Source: an uncultured Candidatus Saccharibacteria bacterium (GTDB taxonomy: Bacteria > Patescibacteriota > UBA1384 > 2-12-FULL-50-11). From it: 64,000 nucleotides of DNA. Shown here one piece after another: positions 8,878 through 17,194 of this stretch; positions within the stretch are counted from its first letter, which is position 1; every line of letters begins with the position of its first letter. The DNA lies in the NCBI GenBank assembly GCA_964599405.1, contig CAZRED010000001.1:11528-75527 (forward strand), read 5' to 3'. The translations under genes were made by a program, and so were the position numbers. Under the pieces are notes generated by a model that was given only the letters and a program-made list of their open reading frames with translations, was not told where the DNA came from and searched no databases.

Positions 8878-10626
8878 ATGAAACAGGAAAACTACGAAAA
8901 TTCGCCGCTCTACAAACTGCGCCACACCGCTGCTCATGTTTTGGCGATGGCCGCTCGGGAGTTTGATCCGGAGGTAAAATTAGCGATCGGGCCGCCAATT
9001 GAAACCGGGTTTTACTACGATTTTCAGTTTTCCCGCCCAGTTTCCGACTCTGACTTAGAAAAACTGGAAAAATCGATGGTAAAAATCATCGCCAAAGATA
9101 TTCCGGTGGTGAAAAAAACGATGTCGCACGCTGAGGCCGTTAAACTGTTGAAAAAAGAACAGCAGCCCTACAAGTTAGAGTTAGCCGAAGAGCTAAAAGA
9201 CGAGGAATTGAGTTTCTACGGCATCGACACTTTCTGGGATCTCTGCAAGGGACCGCACGTTGAATCTACGAGTGAAATAAAGGCCTTTAAACTACTCTCT
9301 GTTGCCGGAGCCTACTGGCGCGGCGACGAGCATCAGCCGATGCTGACTCGTATCTACGGAACGGCCTTTGCCAGCCAAAAAGCCCTGGATGAACATTTGG
9401 TAGCACTGGAAGAAGCCAAAAAGCGGGATCATCGCAAACTTGGCAAAGAGCTGGGAATTTTTATGATCTCCCCAGAGATTGGTAGCGGTTTGCCGCTCTG
9501 GCTGCCTAAAGGTGCCACGCTTTACCGCTTGCTGCGGGAATATTTAACGAAGCTGGAAGTTGAAGCCGGCTATCAACACGTGATTACCAGCGAATTGGGT
9601 AAAAAAGAACTTTACGAAAAGTCTGGCCACCTCTCCCACTACGCCGACAGTATGTATCCGCCGCTGGATCTAGACGGCGAAACATTTTACTTGCGGCCAA
9701 TGAACTGCCCGCATCACATCGCCATTTTCTCCCATGAGCTACACTCCTACCGCGACCTACCGATTCGTATTGCCGAGTTCGGTGAGGTGTTCCGTTTGGA
9801 AAAATCCGGCGAACTCTCCGGCTTACAGAGGGTACGCAGCTTCACCATTAACGACGCCCACATTTTCTGCCGGGAAGATCAGATCAAACAAGAGTTCCGA
9901 CAAGTGGTGGAGATGGTACAGTTTGTTTATAAAAGTCTCGACCTTAATGATTGGTGGTTCCGCCTGTCGCTCCACGATCCAGCTAACAAGAAAAAATACT
10001 CCGACAATATTCTACTGTGGGAAAAGTCGGAAAAAATATTGCGGGAAACGCTGGTGGAAATGAACGTTGACTTTACGGAAGCTAAAGACGAAGCAGCCTA
10101 TTACGGACCAAAACTCGATATCCAGATGAAAAACGTTAACGGTAAAGAAGAAACCATTGCCACTGTTCAACTGGATTTTTACCTGCCAAAACAGTTCGGG
10201 ATTGAGTATATCGACGAGAAAGGCCAAAAACAGCAACCAGTAATGATTCATCGAGCGATTTTTGGCTCGATGGAGCGCTTTATTGGCTTTTATTTGGAGA
10301 AAACCGGTGGAGAATTCCCGCTCTGGCTCTCGCCGATACAAGTGCGAATCTTGCCGATTTCCGAAAAAACCTCAAAGTACGCCGCCGATGTAAAGTGCGA
10401 ATTAACAACGGCTGGTTTCCGAGCCGAAGTTGACGAAAGTGCCGAAACTCTAGGTAAACGGATTCGCCAAGCAGAGTTGGAAAAAATCCCGCTGACATTA
10501 ATCCTCGGTGAAAAAGAAATGGCCGGTAAAACCGTGACGGTCCGGGTTCGCCATACTGCCGATCAAGCAACGCTCAAACTGGCCGATTTCGTTTCGAGCT
10601 ATCTTGCTGGAGCTCTGAAGAGCTAA
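8878..10626 (+). CDS. thrS: Threonine--tRNA ligase, lacking the N-terminal TGS domain
   Basis: RHTAAHVLA, DLCKGPH, RDHRKLG, RPMNCPHH and MIHRAIFGSMERF motifs. Confidence 0.98.
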   Translation: MKQENYENSPLYKLRHTAAHVLAMAAREFDPEVKLAIGPPIETGFYYDFQFSRPVSDSDLEKLEKSMVKIIAKDIPVVKKTMSHAEAVKLLKKEQQPYKLELAEELKDEELSFYGIDTFWDLCKGPHVESTSEIKAFKLLSVAGAYWRGDEHQPMLTRIYGTAFASQKALDEHLVALEEAKKRDHRKLGKELGIFMISPEIGSGLPLWLPKGATLYRLLREYLTKLEVEAGYQHVITSELGKKELYEKSGHLSHYADSMYPPLDLDGETFYLRPMNCPHHIAIFSHELHSYRDLPIRIAEFGEVFRLEKSGELSGLQRVRSFTINDAHIFCREDQIKQEFRQVVEMVQFVYKSLDLNDWWFRLSLHDPANKKKYSDNILLWEKSEKILRETLVEMNVDFTEAKDEAAYYGPKLDIQMKNVNGKEETIATVQLDFYLPKQFGIEYIDEKGQKQQPVMIHRAIFGSMERFIGFYLEKTGGEFPLWLSPIQVRILPISEKTSKYAADVKCELTTAGFRAEVDESAETLGKRIRQAELEKIPLTLILGEKEMAGKTVTVRVRHTADQATLKLADFVSSYLAGALKS

Positions 10627-11371
10627 CGACGTTTTTCAGCAACAGTAAGACTGTCAGTGGCCCGACGGCACCGCGCTTTGGCGTAATTAATTTAACCGCT
10701 TTTTCGACTGACTCGAAGTCCACATCAACCCCGGAAGCGTCGACAACCGTCATGTTTTCGGTAACAAAATCGGCCGTGACTAATTTTTCTACGCCGGTAG
10801 CAGTAATTAAAATATCGAAAGTTTTAATTTTTGCGGTTTCGTTTTCAGCCTTGCTGACAATCTGTTCATAGGGCCAGCTGTTGCGCTGAAACATTTCTGC
10901 CAACGGCTTACCAACCAATCGGCCAGCGCCTAAAATTACTGTATTGGATTTTTTTAAATTCAGGCCGTTACGCTCCAGCAGCATCACAATGCCGGTAGGT
11001 GTGGGAGGGGGAAAATTTTCCGAAATTAGCCCGTCGACATCTTTACTTGGCTCTATTTGCGAGAGAATTCGCTCGGTCTTAACATTTTTTGGCAGCGGTA
11101 GCTGCACAACAATTCCATCAATTTTTTTGTTTTCGTTCAAGCTGGCAATTAACGCTGATAGCTGGCGTTCGGCGGCGCGTTCGAAATGGTGGAGCTGGAA
11201 TTCAATCCCCAGCTCCAGTGCTTTTTTCTGTTTGGCACGGACAAACTTTTCCGTTTGTTTGTCGTTACCCACCCAAATCAACGACAGTTGTGGTGCGCGC
11301 TCCAAATTCTGGCGCGTTAGCAGAATTTCTTCTGTTAGCACGTCTAGTGCTTCCGTTGCGGACAGCAACAT
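10574..11371 (-). CDS. folD: Methylene-THF dehydrogenase/cyclohydrolase, short form
   Basis: GIVVQLPLP, KDVDGL, PTPTG, GRLVGKP and GAVGPLT motifs. Confidence 0.9.
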   Translation of the reverse strand: MLLSATEALDVLTEEILLTRQNLERAPQLSLIWVGNDKQTEKFVRAKQKKALELGIEFQLHHFERAAERQLSALIASLNENKKIDGIVVQLPLPKNVKTERILSQIEPSKDVDGLISENFPPPTPTGIVMLLERNGLNLKKSNTVILGAGRLVGKPLAEMFQRNSWPYEQIVSKAENETAKIKTFDILITATGVEKLVTADFVTENMTVVDASGVDVDFESVEKAVKLITPKRGAVGPLTVLLLLKNVVSSSELQQDSSKRNRPV

Positions 11372-12012
11372 CAGCTAGTTGGAGTAAGCTCGGCAAGTTT
11401 GCGGTTGATAATTTCCTGCCACTGATCCATGGACTGTGCCCCAACGATTCGCTCACCGTTGACAAAAAAGGTTGGGGTTGATGAAACTCCGACGCGATCA
11501 GCTTCAGCCTTGTCTCGCCCGATGGCATCAGCCACGGCGGACGAACCGTAATCGTTGCCGAATTTATCCACGTCCATGCCTAATGATTGGGCATAGGCAA
11601 CAAATTGCGCTTTCGGATCGGCCAAACCACTCCACGTTTCCTGTTCAGCAAATAGAATATCGTACATCTCCCAAAATTTGCCTTGTAATCCCGCTGCTTC
11701 TGCCGCTTGGGCAGATTCGTCGGCATTCGGATGGATTGGCAATGGAATGTGGCGGTAAATTAACTGAACGTTTTGTTTGTTATTCTCAAAGCTTTGTTTT
11801 AGGGGCGCCGCGGCCGCTCGACAGGCCGGGCACTGGAAATCGCCGAATTCAACAATTTTAATTGGAGCCTCGTCGCTACCAAGTTTTTGACCAACTGTTG
11901 TATCAATTGTTGCGTTACCGTCAGAAGATTTGCCGCCAAAGACGACAAAACCAACCACTGCCAAAATCGCTACTGCAATCACTCCAACGAAAAACTTTCC
12001 GTCACCGCTCAT
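11371..12012 (-). CDS. DsbA-like thioredoxin-fold oxidoreductase
   Basis: EFGDFQCPAC active site and STPTFFVNG; N-terminal TM helix. Confidence 0.93.
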   Translation of the reverse strand: MSGDGKFFVGVIAVAILAVVGFVVFGGKSSDGNATIDTTVGQKLGSDEAPIKIVEFGDFQCPACRAAAAPLKQSFENNKQNVQLIYRHIPLPIHPNADESAQAAEAAGLQGKFWEMYDILFAEQETWSGLADPKAQFVAYAQSLGMDVDKFGNDYGSSAVADAIGRDKAEADRVGVSSTPTFFVNGERIVGAQSMDQWQEIINRKLAELTPTS

Positions 12013-12424
12013 ATTGAACTCCTTTCAAGTTAGGTAAAAATAGCAAAATTATGGTGATTGTGACAATCGTCAGTGAAACCAAACACCAGGTGCAGTAGGC
12101 GTGGATGAAGAAAACTTCGGCGGCTAGTAGATACAGGCTGAAGGCCAAGCCCAACATTGCCCAGATACGCAGCTCTTTGATTCCAAACCGCTTTCGGAAA
12201 ACAATCATGTATAGCAACCCTAATTGAATAATGTACCAGGCAATCCCGTAAATCGAGACAGGGATGCCAAAGAAATAGGCGTATTTACTGGAAAGGACAG
12301 TTTCGCAGCCACCACCAATTGAGCAAGCCACCGAACTGGGGTCGTAGGTTTTGAAAGTTAAATATATTGATACCGCCAAGCCTAGTGCTGCAAGAATAGT
12401 CAGTATCCGGCCGGAGTTGTTCAT
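12002..12424 (-). CDS. VKOR family protein (DsbB analogue)
   Basis: CSIGGGCETVLSS and CTWC motifs; adjacent to the DsbA-like gene. Confidence 0.93.
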   Translation of the reverse strand: MNNSGRILTILAALGLAVSIYLTFKTYDPSSVACSIGGGCETVLSSKYAYFFGIPVSIYGIAWYIIQLGLLYMIVFRKRFGIKELRIWAMLGLAFSLYLLAAEVFFIHAYCTWCLVSLTIVTITIILLFLPNLKGVQYER

Positions 12425-12544
12425 CGGTTTTACTCTATCATCCTTGTTAGCGATAAAAAAGGATGAAGCGAAGCTATCACCGGTTGCCTTCCGATGCGAG
12501 GGGTGGCATAAATGATATAAGCAATGAATCGTTTATAAGACTAA

Positions 12545-13222
12545 ATGAGACTAAACAAATTTATTGCGGCTTCTGGTTTCTGCTCCCGCCGCAAAGCCGA
12601 CGAACTGATTGCTGCCGGTCAGGTGAAAATTAATGGCCAATCCGTTACGACACTTGCTACAATTGTCGACCCCAAAACTGACGAAGTAACCATCAACGGC
12701 CAGAAAATTTCTCACGAAGAAAAAAAAGTTCTGTATTTGCTGAATAAGCCGCGCGGTGTTGTCACTACTGCCGACGATCCGGAAGGACGCAAAACAGTCT
12801 TGGATTTCGTGCCGACGGAGCCGCGAGTTTTCCCATGTGGGCGATTGGACGTGGAGACAATGGGTTTGGTAGTTTTAACCAACGACGGCAACCTCTGCTA
12901 CCAACTAACCCATCCGAAATTCGAGCACAAAAAGGAGTACTTTGTTCAGGGCGTTAGCCGCAACCCGCAGTTCTCTTGGGAGAAGTTACAAAAACCGCGC
13001 ATTCGGGTTGGTTTCGGCCAAGTGGCGATTGACGATCGGAAACTGAAGAAAATGTTTGAGAAAAAAATTGATTTTTGGCTAACCGTGCACGAAGGGAAGT
13101 ACCACATTGTCCGTAAACTCTGCAGTTCGGTTGGTATTGATGTCGTTCACCTTACCCGCACCAAGCTTGGCCAGTACGAACTGGGCGATATCGAGCCAGG
13201 ACACTACCAAGAAGTTTTGTAA
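12545..13222 (+). CDS. RsuA/RluB-family rRNA pseudouridine synthase
   Basis: S4 domain MRLNKFIA...SRRKADE; LNKPRG and GRLD motifs. Confidence 0.95.
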   Translation: MRLNKFIAASGFCSRRKADELIAAGQVKINGQSVTTLATIVDPKTDEVTINGQKISHEEKKVLYLLNKPRGVVTTADDPEGRKTVLDFVPTEPRVFPCGRLDVETMGLVVLTNDGNLCYQLTHPKFEHKKEYFVQGVSRNPQFSWEKLQKPRIRVGFGQVAIDDRKLKKMFEKKIDFWLTVHEGKYHIVRKLCSSVGIDVVHLTRTKLGQYELGDIEPGHYQEVL

Positions 13223-13254
13223 AAATTCACGCGATTACAAATAATACTAATCGA

Positions 13255-13282
13255 ACGAATATGTGTTTAAACACATATTCGT
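13255..13282. terminator. Perfect 28-bp palindrome between the convergent pseudouridine synthase and tRNA-Lys genes
   Basis: ACGAATATGTGTTT/AAACACATATTCGT; terminator role is inferred from position. Confidence 0.5.
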
Positions 13283-13291
13283 CTAAGATTG

Positions 13292-13363
13292 TGGGGCATG
13301 CTGGAATCGAACCAGCGACACACGGATTAAGAGTCCGTTGTTCTACCGCTGAACTAATGCCCC
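13292..13363 (-). tRNA. tRNA-Lys(CTT)
   Basis: Reverse complement GGGGCATTAGTTCAGCGGTAGAAC...CTCTTAA...GGTTCGATTCC...ATGCCCCA. Confidence 0.96.
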
Positions 13364-13423
13364 GATTAACGTATTAAATTATATCTTTTATCCTTGCGAA
13401 AATGAATAAGGTGGGTACAATTA

Positions 13424-13528
13424 GCCTGCCTTGTCCGTCCAACGACAAGGGCTAGCCGGACTTTCCTACTGGTCAGTCTCGGTTTTCGATTGCGGGGTGA
13501 GGTGCTAGCCTCCCCCGCTTATTCTTTA
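13424..13528 (+). ncRNA. Candidate structured ncRNA or leader (three hairpins, the last terminator-like)
   Basis: TTGCGA/TACAAT promoter; stems CCTTGTC/GACAAGG, GCCGGACT/AGTCTCGGT and GCGGGGTGAGG/CCTCCCCCGC followed by a T-rich run. Confidence 0.45.
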
Positions 13529-13556
13529 TTCACAACATTTACAGTATCCTTAACGC

Positions 13557-14171
13557 ATGGAATTTTGGGAATGGGTCAAGGGAATTGCTTCGCAGGAAAC
13601 ACTCCAGCATCTCGGGCATATTGGCATCTGGGCGATAATTTTTGCCGAGTCGGGGATTTTAGCCGGGTTCTTTTTGCCGGGTGACAGTTTGCTTTTTACC
13701 GCCGGACTACTGGCCTGGGCCGGGCATCTCAATATTTACTATCTTATTATTGGTGGAATAATTGCCGCCATTGCTGGCGATAGCTTTGGATATTATTTAG
13801 GGCGGCGGTTTGGACCCAGGGTGTTTAGTAAAGAGAATTCAAGAATTTTTCACAAAGACCATATTGAGCGCGCCAAGCAGTATTTCGCCAAATATGGCCC
13901 AATCACGATCTTTTTAGCCCGGTTTACACCGTTTATCCGCACGTTTGCCCCGGTTTTAGCGGGCGTTGGCGGCATGGAGTACGGCACGTTTGTTTTCTAT
14001 AATATTTTTGGCGGTATTTTTTGGGTACTATCAATGACGCTGCTCGGTTACTTTTTGGGCTCGGTGATCCCCGACGTAGACCGCTATGTCTTGCCGATTG
14101 TCGGCGGAATAATCTTACTTTCGGTTATTCCAGCAGTAGTGAGTATTGTTAGACGAAAACCTAAGGCCTAA
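13557..14171 (+). CDS. DedA family membrane protein
   Basis: FAESG..GFFLPGDSLLF and ARFTPFIRTFAP motifs. Confidence 0.95.
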   Translation: MEFWEWVKGIASQETLQHLGHIGIWAIIFAESGILAGFFLPGDSLLFTAGLLAWAGHLNIYYLIIGGIIAAIAGDSFGYYLGRRFGPRVFSKENSRIFHKDHIERAKQYFAKYGPITIFLARFTPFIRTFAPVLAGVGGMEYGTFVFYNIFGGIFWVLSMTLLGYFLGSVIPDVDRYVLPIVGGIILLSVIPAVVSIVRRKPKA

Positions 14172-14401
14172 TACGGCAAGGATTGGTCAATTTTTTGCAA
14201 TATTTCACCGATAAACGGGATTGTGCCCAGCTTGCTGACTAAAAATCCCAACAATATTATTATCAGTGCCGCGCCAAGCACACCGCCGATACCGGAAGCA
14301 AAACCGACCAAAAAACCGCGCTTAATTGCATGTGATGATTTGCCGTAGAACTTATCGAGAGCGTGGATCAGTCGCTCAATCTGCTGGTTGTTGTGCTCCA
14401 T
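14168..14401 (-). CDS. Small membrane protein, DUF5665-like
   Basis: GFLVGFASGIGGVLGA...IPFIGE pattern. Confidence 0.7.
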   Translation of the reverse strand: MEHNNQQIERLIHALDKFYGKSSHAIKRGFLVGFASGIGGVLGAALIIILLGFLVSKLGTIPFIGEILQKIDQSLPY

Positions 14402-14424
14402 TTATTTAGTGTAGCAGAAGCTAG

Positions 14425-14500
14425 TGGCGCGCCCGGAGGGATTTGAACCCCCGACCCTCTGTTCCGAAGACAGATACTCTATCCACTGAGCTACGGGCGC
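14425..14500 (-). tRNA. tRNA-Arg(TCG), CCA encoded
   Basis: Reverse complement GCGCCCGTAGCTCAGTGGATAGAG...CTTCGGA...GGTTCAAATCC...GGGCGCGCCA. Confidence 0.96.
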
Positions 14501-14566
14501 GAGCCTACATTTGTAGGTATAAATTACTGGCGAGTGCCAGTAGGTCAGGGGACAAACGCAGGTTTG

Positions 14567-14683
14567 ATCCACTGAGCTACGGGCGCTGGTTGCGAGTTGT
14601 GCTCGCGGCTCGGAGGACAATCGGAAGTTTGATCCACGAAGTGGAACGAGACTTCAGTCGAGTATCCGCTGAGCTACGGGCGC
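14567..14683 (-). repeat. Two extra copies of the tRNA-Arg 5' 20-21 nt, separated by hairpin-rich spacers
   Basis: 14567-14586 is identical to 14481-14500; 14663-14683 has one mismatch. Confidence 0.9.
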
Positions 14684-14726
14684 ATGTTATGTGTTAATTT
14701 TACGATATTTCAGGGGTAAAAGGAAT

Positions 14727-14754
14727 GGCGATGGGCGCAAAAGCGCCCATCGCC
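14727..14754 (-). terminator. Intrinsic terminator-like hairpin
   Basis: 12-bp stem GGCGATGGGCGC/GCGCCCATCGCC just downstream of ORF 14768-15205. Confidence 0.65.
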
Positions 14755-14767
14755 TGGATAATGAAAA

Positions 14768-15205
14768 TTACAGAATCTCCGTCACACACCCGTCAAGCGA
14801 GTAATGTTCGGAGTTGTAGACGCTCACCTGTGCCCCCGCTGACACCGAAAGGAAATTTTTTCCCATTTTTCTTTCGGTTGAGCAGAAAACGACGTCAGTA
14901 AGATCGAACTCTTCGGCAATTTTTCCCAACTGATGGTCAATTGAGCTGTGCGATACCGGTTCACCGTAAGACAGATCCCCACAGTTGTAGAGGATAATTG
15001 CCATCTCCCCTTCAGCGGTGGCAACCACAACAATTCTCCCCTCACCGCCCGGCTGCACGAAATTGTCGCGCAGATACGCCCGCAGACTTCTTGTTTCGAT
15101 AGACTTTCCGCAAGCCTCACAAAGTTTCCCGACGAGAGATTGCCGATTCAGACCGGCTCTTTTTCCTGTTAACGTTCCCAGTAACATCCGATGAATCTCC
15201 AACAC
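14768..15205 (-). CDS. Hypothetical protein (orphan)
   Basis: 145-aa ORF filling the gap, with its own terminator; start uncertain. Confidence 0.55.
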   Translation of the reverse strand: MLEIHRMLLGTLTGKRAGLNRQSLVGKLCEACGKSIETRSLRAYLRDNFVQPGGEGRIVVVATAEGEMAIILYNCGDLSYGEPVSHSSIDHQLGKIAEEFDLTDVVFCSTERKMGKNFLSVSAGAQVSVYNSEHYSLDGCVTEIL

Positions 15206-15261
15206 AGCAAAAGGCCGTGGATGATAAAGATACCAAATATTAAATAGTAAATAAAGGTAAA

Positions 15262-16233
15262 TTAACGGATTTCTTTGGCCTGAATTTTATGATTATCGTT
15301 TAGCGACTCGGTCATTTCGTCTTTGGTCAGCAGTCCTTGCTCCGGACCGATTTTTTCCAGTACCGCAGCCGAGTTGGCCATACCCCAACGCATCGCTTCA
15401 CCGATGTCTTCGCCTTGCAGTAGCGCGGCGGTGAAGGCGGCGGAGAAGGCGTCGCCACAACCAGTTCGCTCCACCACCTTGGCCGGAAAGATGTCGCAAA
15501 ATAACAGCTGGTTGCCGTTGAAAACATAAGCGCCGTTAGGACCGTCAGTGACAATTACTAATTTCGGGCCTAGATCAAAGAGCTGTTCGGAGATCTCTCT
15601 AATGGTGGCCTTGATAGATAGCTCGGTTAATAGCCTGGCTTCCTCAAGATTAACAAACAGACACTCGGTAACTGCCATGACCGGCTTTAATGCTTGTACT
15701 CCGGCTTTAATCTGATGGGTACCGGGGTTAAAGCTAAGTTTAATTTTGTGCTGTAACACAAACCGGACAACTTTTTCGTAAGCTCCAGAAAAAGCCTTAC
15801 CCATGGCTGTCAGGTAAACCCAATCAACCGGCTCAAAATCTGGCAACTGGTATTCGCGCGGGACGTGGTAGACCACGAGAGTGCGCTCGCCCTGGAAAAC
15901 CAGGGCAGTAGCGTAGCTGGTCGGGCCTTTTTCGATAACAACATAACGAGGATCAACGCCTTCTGTGGCAAGTTGTTGGTCGACTAGCTTACCGATCCAA
16001 TCGTCGCCATGCACGCTATAGAGATCGGCTTTGACGCCAAGGCGAGCAAAGGAAACGGCCGTATTAACGGCATTACCGCCAACGTGAAACTGGACATCAT
16101 CGGCCATGATTTTACTGGCATAATTAATGCAGAATTCGCACTTACTTTTATCAATATTGCAGTGGACGTTAGCATCGCTGACAAAAACAAACGAATCAAC
16201 TGTGGCTTCCCCGACCGACAAGACATTCTTCAT
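15262..16233 (-). CDS. PfkB family carbohydrate kinase
   Basis: GGNAVNTAVSFARLG, FVNLEEA, TDGPNG and ERTGCGDAF motifs. Confidence 0.95.
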   Translation of the reverse strand: MKNVLSVGEATVDSFVFVSDANVHCNIDKSKCEFCINYASKIMADDVQFHVGGNAVNTAVSFARLGVKADLYSVHGDDWIGKLVDQQLATEGVDPRYVVIEKGPTSYATALVFQGERTLVVYHVPREYQLPDFEPVDWVYLTAMGKAFSGAYEKVVRFVLQHKIKLSFNPGTHQIKAGVQALKPVMAVTECLFVNLEEARLLTELSIKATIREISEQLFDLGPKLVIVTDGPNGAYVFNGNQLLFCDIFPAKVVERTGCGDAFSAAFTAALLQGEDIGEAMRWGMANSAAVLEKIGPEQGLLTKDEMTESLNDNHKIQAKEIR

Positions 16234-16294
16234 CTCTAATAACCGTAGCACAAACCTGTCAGTTGGCTAAGTTATTTGGTAAAATTAGCACCAT

Positions 16295-16367
16295 GGTGCT
16301 AGTAGCTCAGTGGTAGAGCAACCGGTTGTGGTCCGGTTGGCCGCAGGTTCGATCCCTGTCTAGCACC
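16295..16367 (+). tRNA. tRNA-His(GTG) with encoded G-1
   Basis: G-GTGCTAG/CTAGCAC-C acceptor; anticodon loop TTGTGGT; T-loop GTTCGATC. Confidence 0.96.
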
Positions 16368-16375
16368 CTAAGGAA

Positions 16376-16864
16376 ATGAGAAAACCGTTAGTAGGCATTA
16401 TTATGGGCTCGAAATCAGATTTAGCAGTGATGGAAAAAGCTGCTGAAGTTTTCCAAAATTTTGGAGTTCTATATGAATTAGATATCGTTTCCGCTCACCG
16501 TACTCCAAAGAAAATGTACGAATATGCTTCTGCAGCTGAAAATCGAGGTATCCAGGTAATTATTGCCGGGGCTGGTGGAGCCGCACATTTACCTGGCATG
16601 ACTGCCGCACTAACAAAATTGCCGGTAATCGGTGTGCCGGTGGAGACAAAAACTATGAAGGGTCTAGACTCATTACTCTCAATTGCCCAAATGCCCTTCG
16701 GTGTTCCTGTTGCAACAGTTGCAATTAACGCTGCTGATAACGCTGCATTACTAGCAGTGAAAATTCTCGCTTTGCAAGACGGTAAGCTTTCTCAAAAATT
16801 GGCCGATTTTTATGAAAATCAAAAAGAAAAAGTCATGGAAGATTCGAAAGTACTGAATAGATAA
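16376..16864 (+). CDS. purE: N5-CAIR mutase PurE
   Basis: [24 protein letters not shown] and [11 protein letters not shown] motifs. Confidence 0.97.
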   Translation: MRKPLVGIIMGSKSDLAVMEKAAEVFQNFGVLYELDIVSAHRTPKKMYEYASAAENRGIQVIIAGAGGAAHLPGMTAALTKLPVIGVPVETKTMKGLDSLLSIAQMPFGVPVATVAINAADNAALLAVKILALQDGKLSQKLADFYENQKEKVMEDSKVLNR

Positions 16865-16896
16865 GTATTAACATCGCTCATTATCTGACCGACAAT

Positions 16897-17187
16897 ATGT
16901 TTGAAAAGGCAAAGTACGAGAACTTCTCCGAAGCAAAAATAATAGAAGATCTGGAATCCCATGGTTATCAACCGGTTTCTTTTACAGAAAAACCAAACGA
17001 CTATCTAGCTCCGCATTCTCACAGGGAAAACCATATCCTCGTCGTAATAATGGGGGAGATGAAACTTAAGCTAACCGATGGCGAGAAAGTAATGAAACCC
17101 GGGGACAAGATTACCTTACTATCTGGCACTGAACACGAAGTATGGTTCGGCAACCAAGGCTGCACATATCTCTGGGCTGAGTATTGA
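16897..17187 (+). CDS. Cupin-domain protein
   Basis: PHSH...GEM...PGD...GTEH cupin motifs. Confidence 0.85.
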   Translation: MFEKAKYENFSEAKIIEDLESHGYQPVSFTEKPNDYLAPHSHRENHILVVIMGEMKLKLTDGEKVMKPGDKITLLSGTEHEVWFGNQGCTYLWAEY

Positions 17188-17194
17188 ATTAGCT

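Noticed and set aside
12534-12555. Short duplication at the pseudouridine synthase start (ATAAGACTAA / ATGAGACTAA)
   Set aside because: Only about 10 nt with no insert; too short to distinguish from chance.
13424-13528. SRP RNA or 6S RNA
   Set aside because: No SRP domain IV motif (CAGG...GNRA...AGCAG) and no long 6S-like rod.
14481-14683. CRISPR array
   Set aside because: The repeats are tRNA 5' ends, there are only three, the spacers are 66-76 nt and structured, and no cas genes are present. Reported as a tRNA-derived repeat instead.
14727-14754. Fluoride riboswitch (starts GGCGATGG)
   Set aside because: It is a perfect hairpin at a gene 3' end, lacks the rest of the motif and has no suitable downstream gene.
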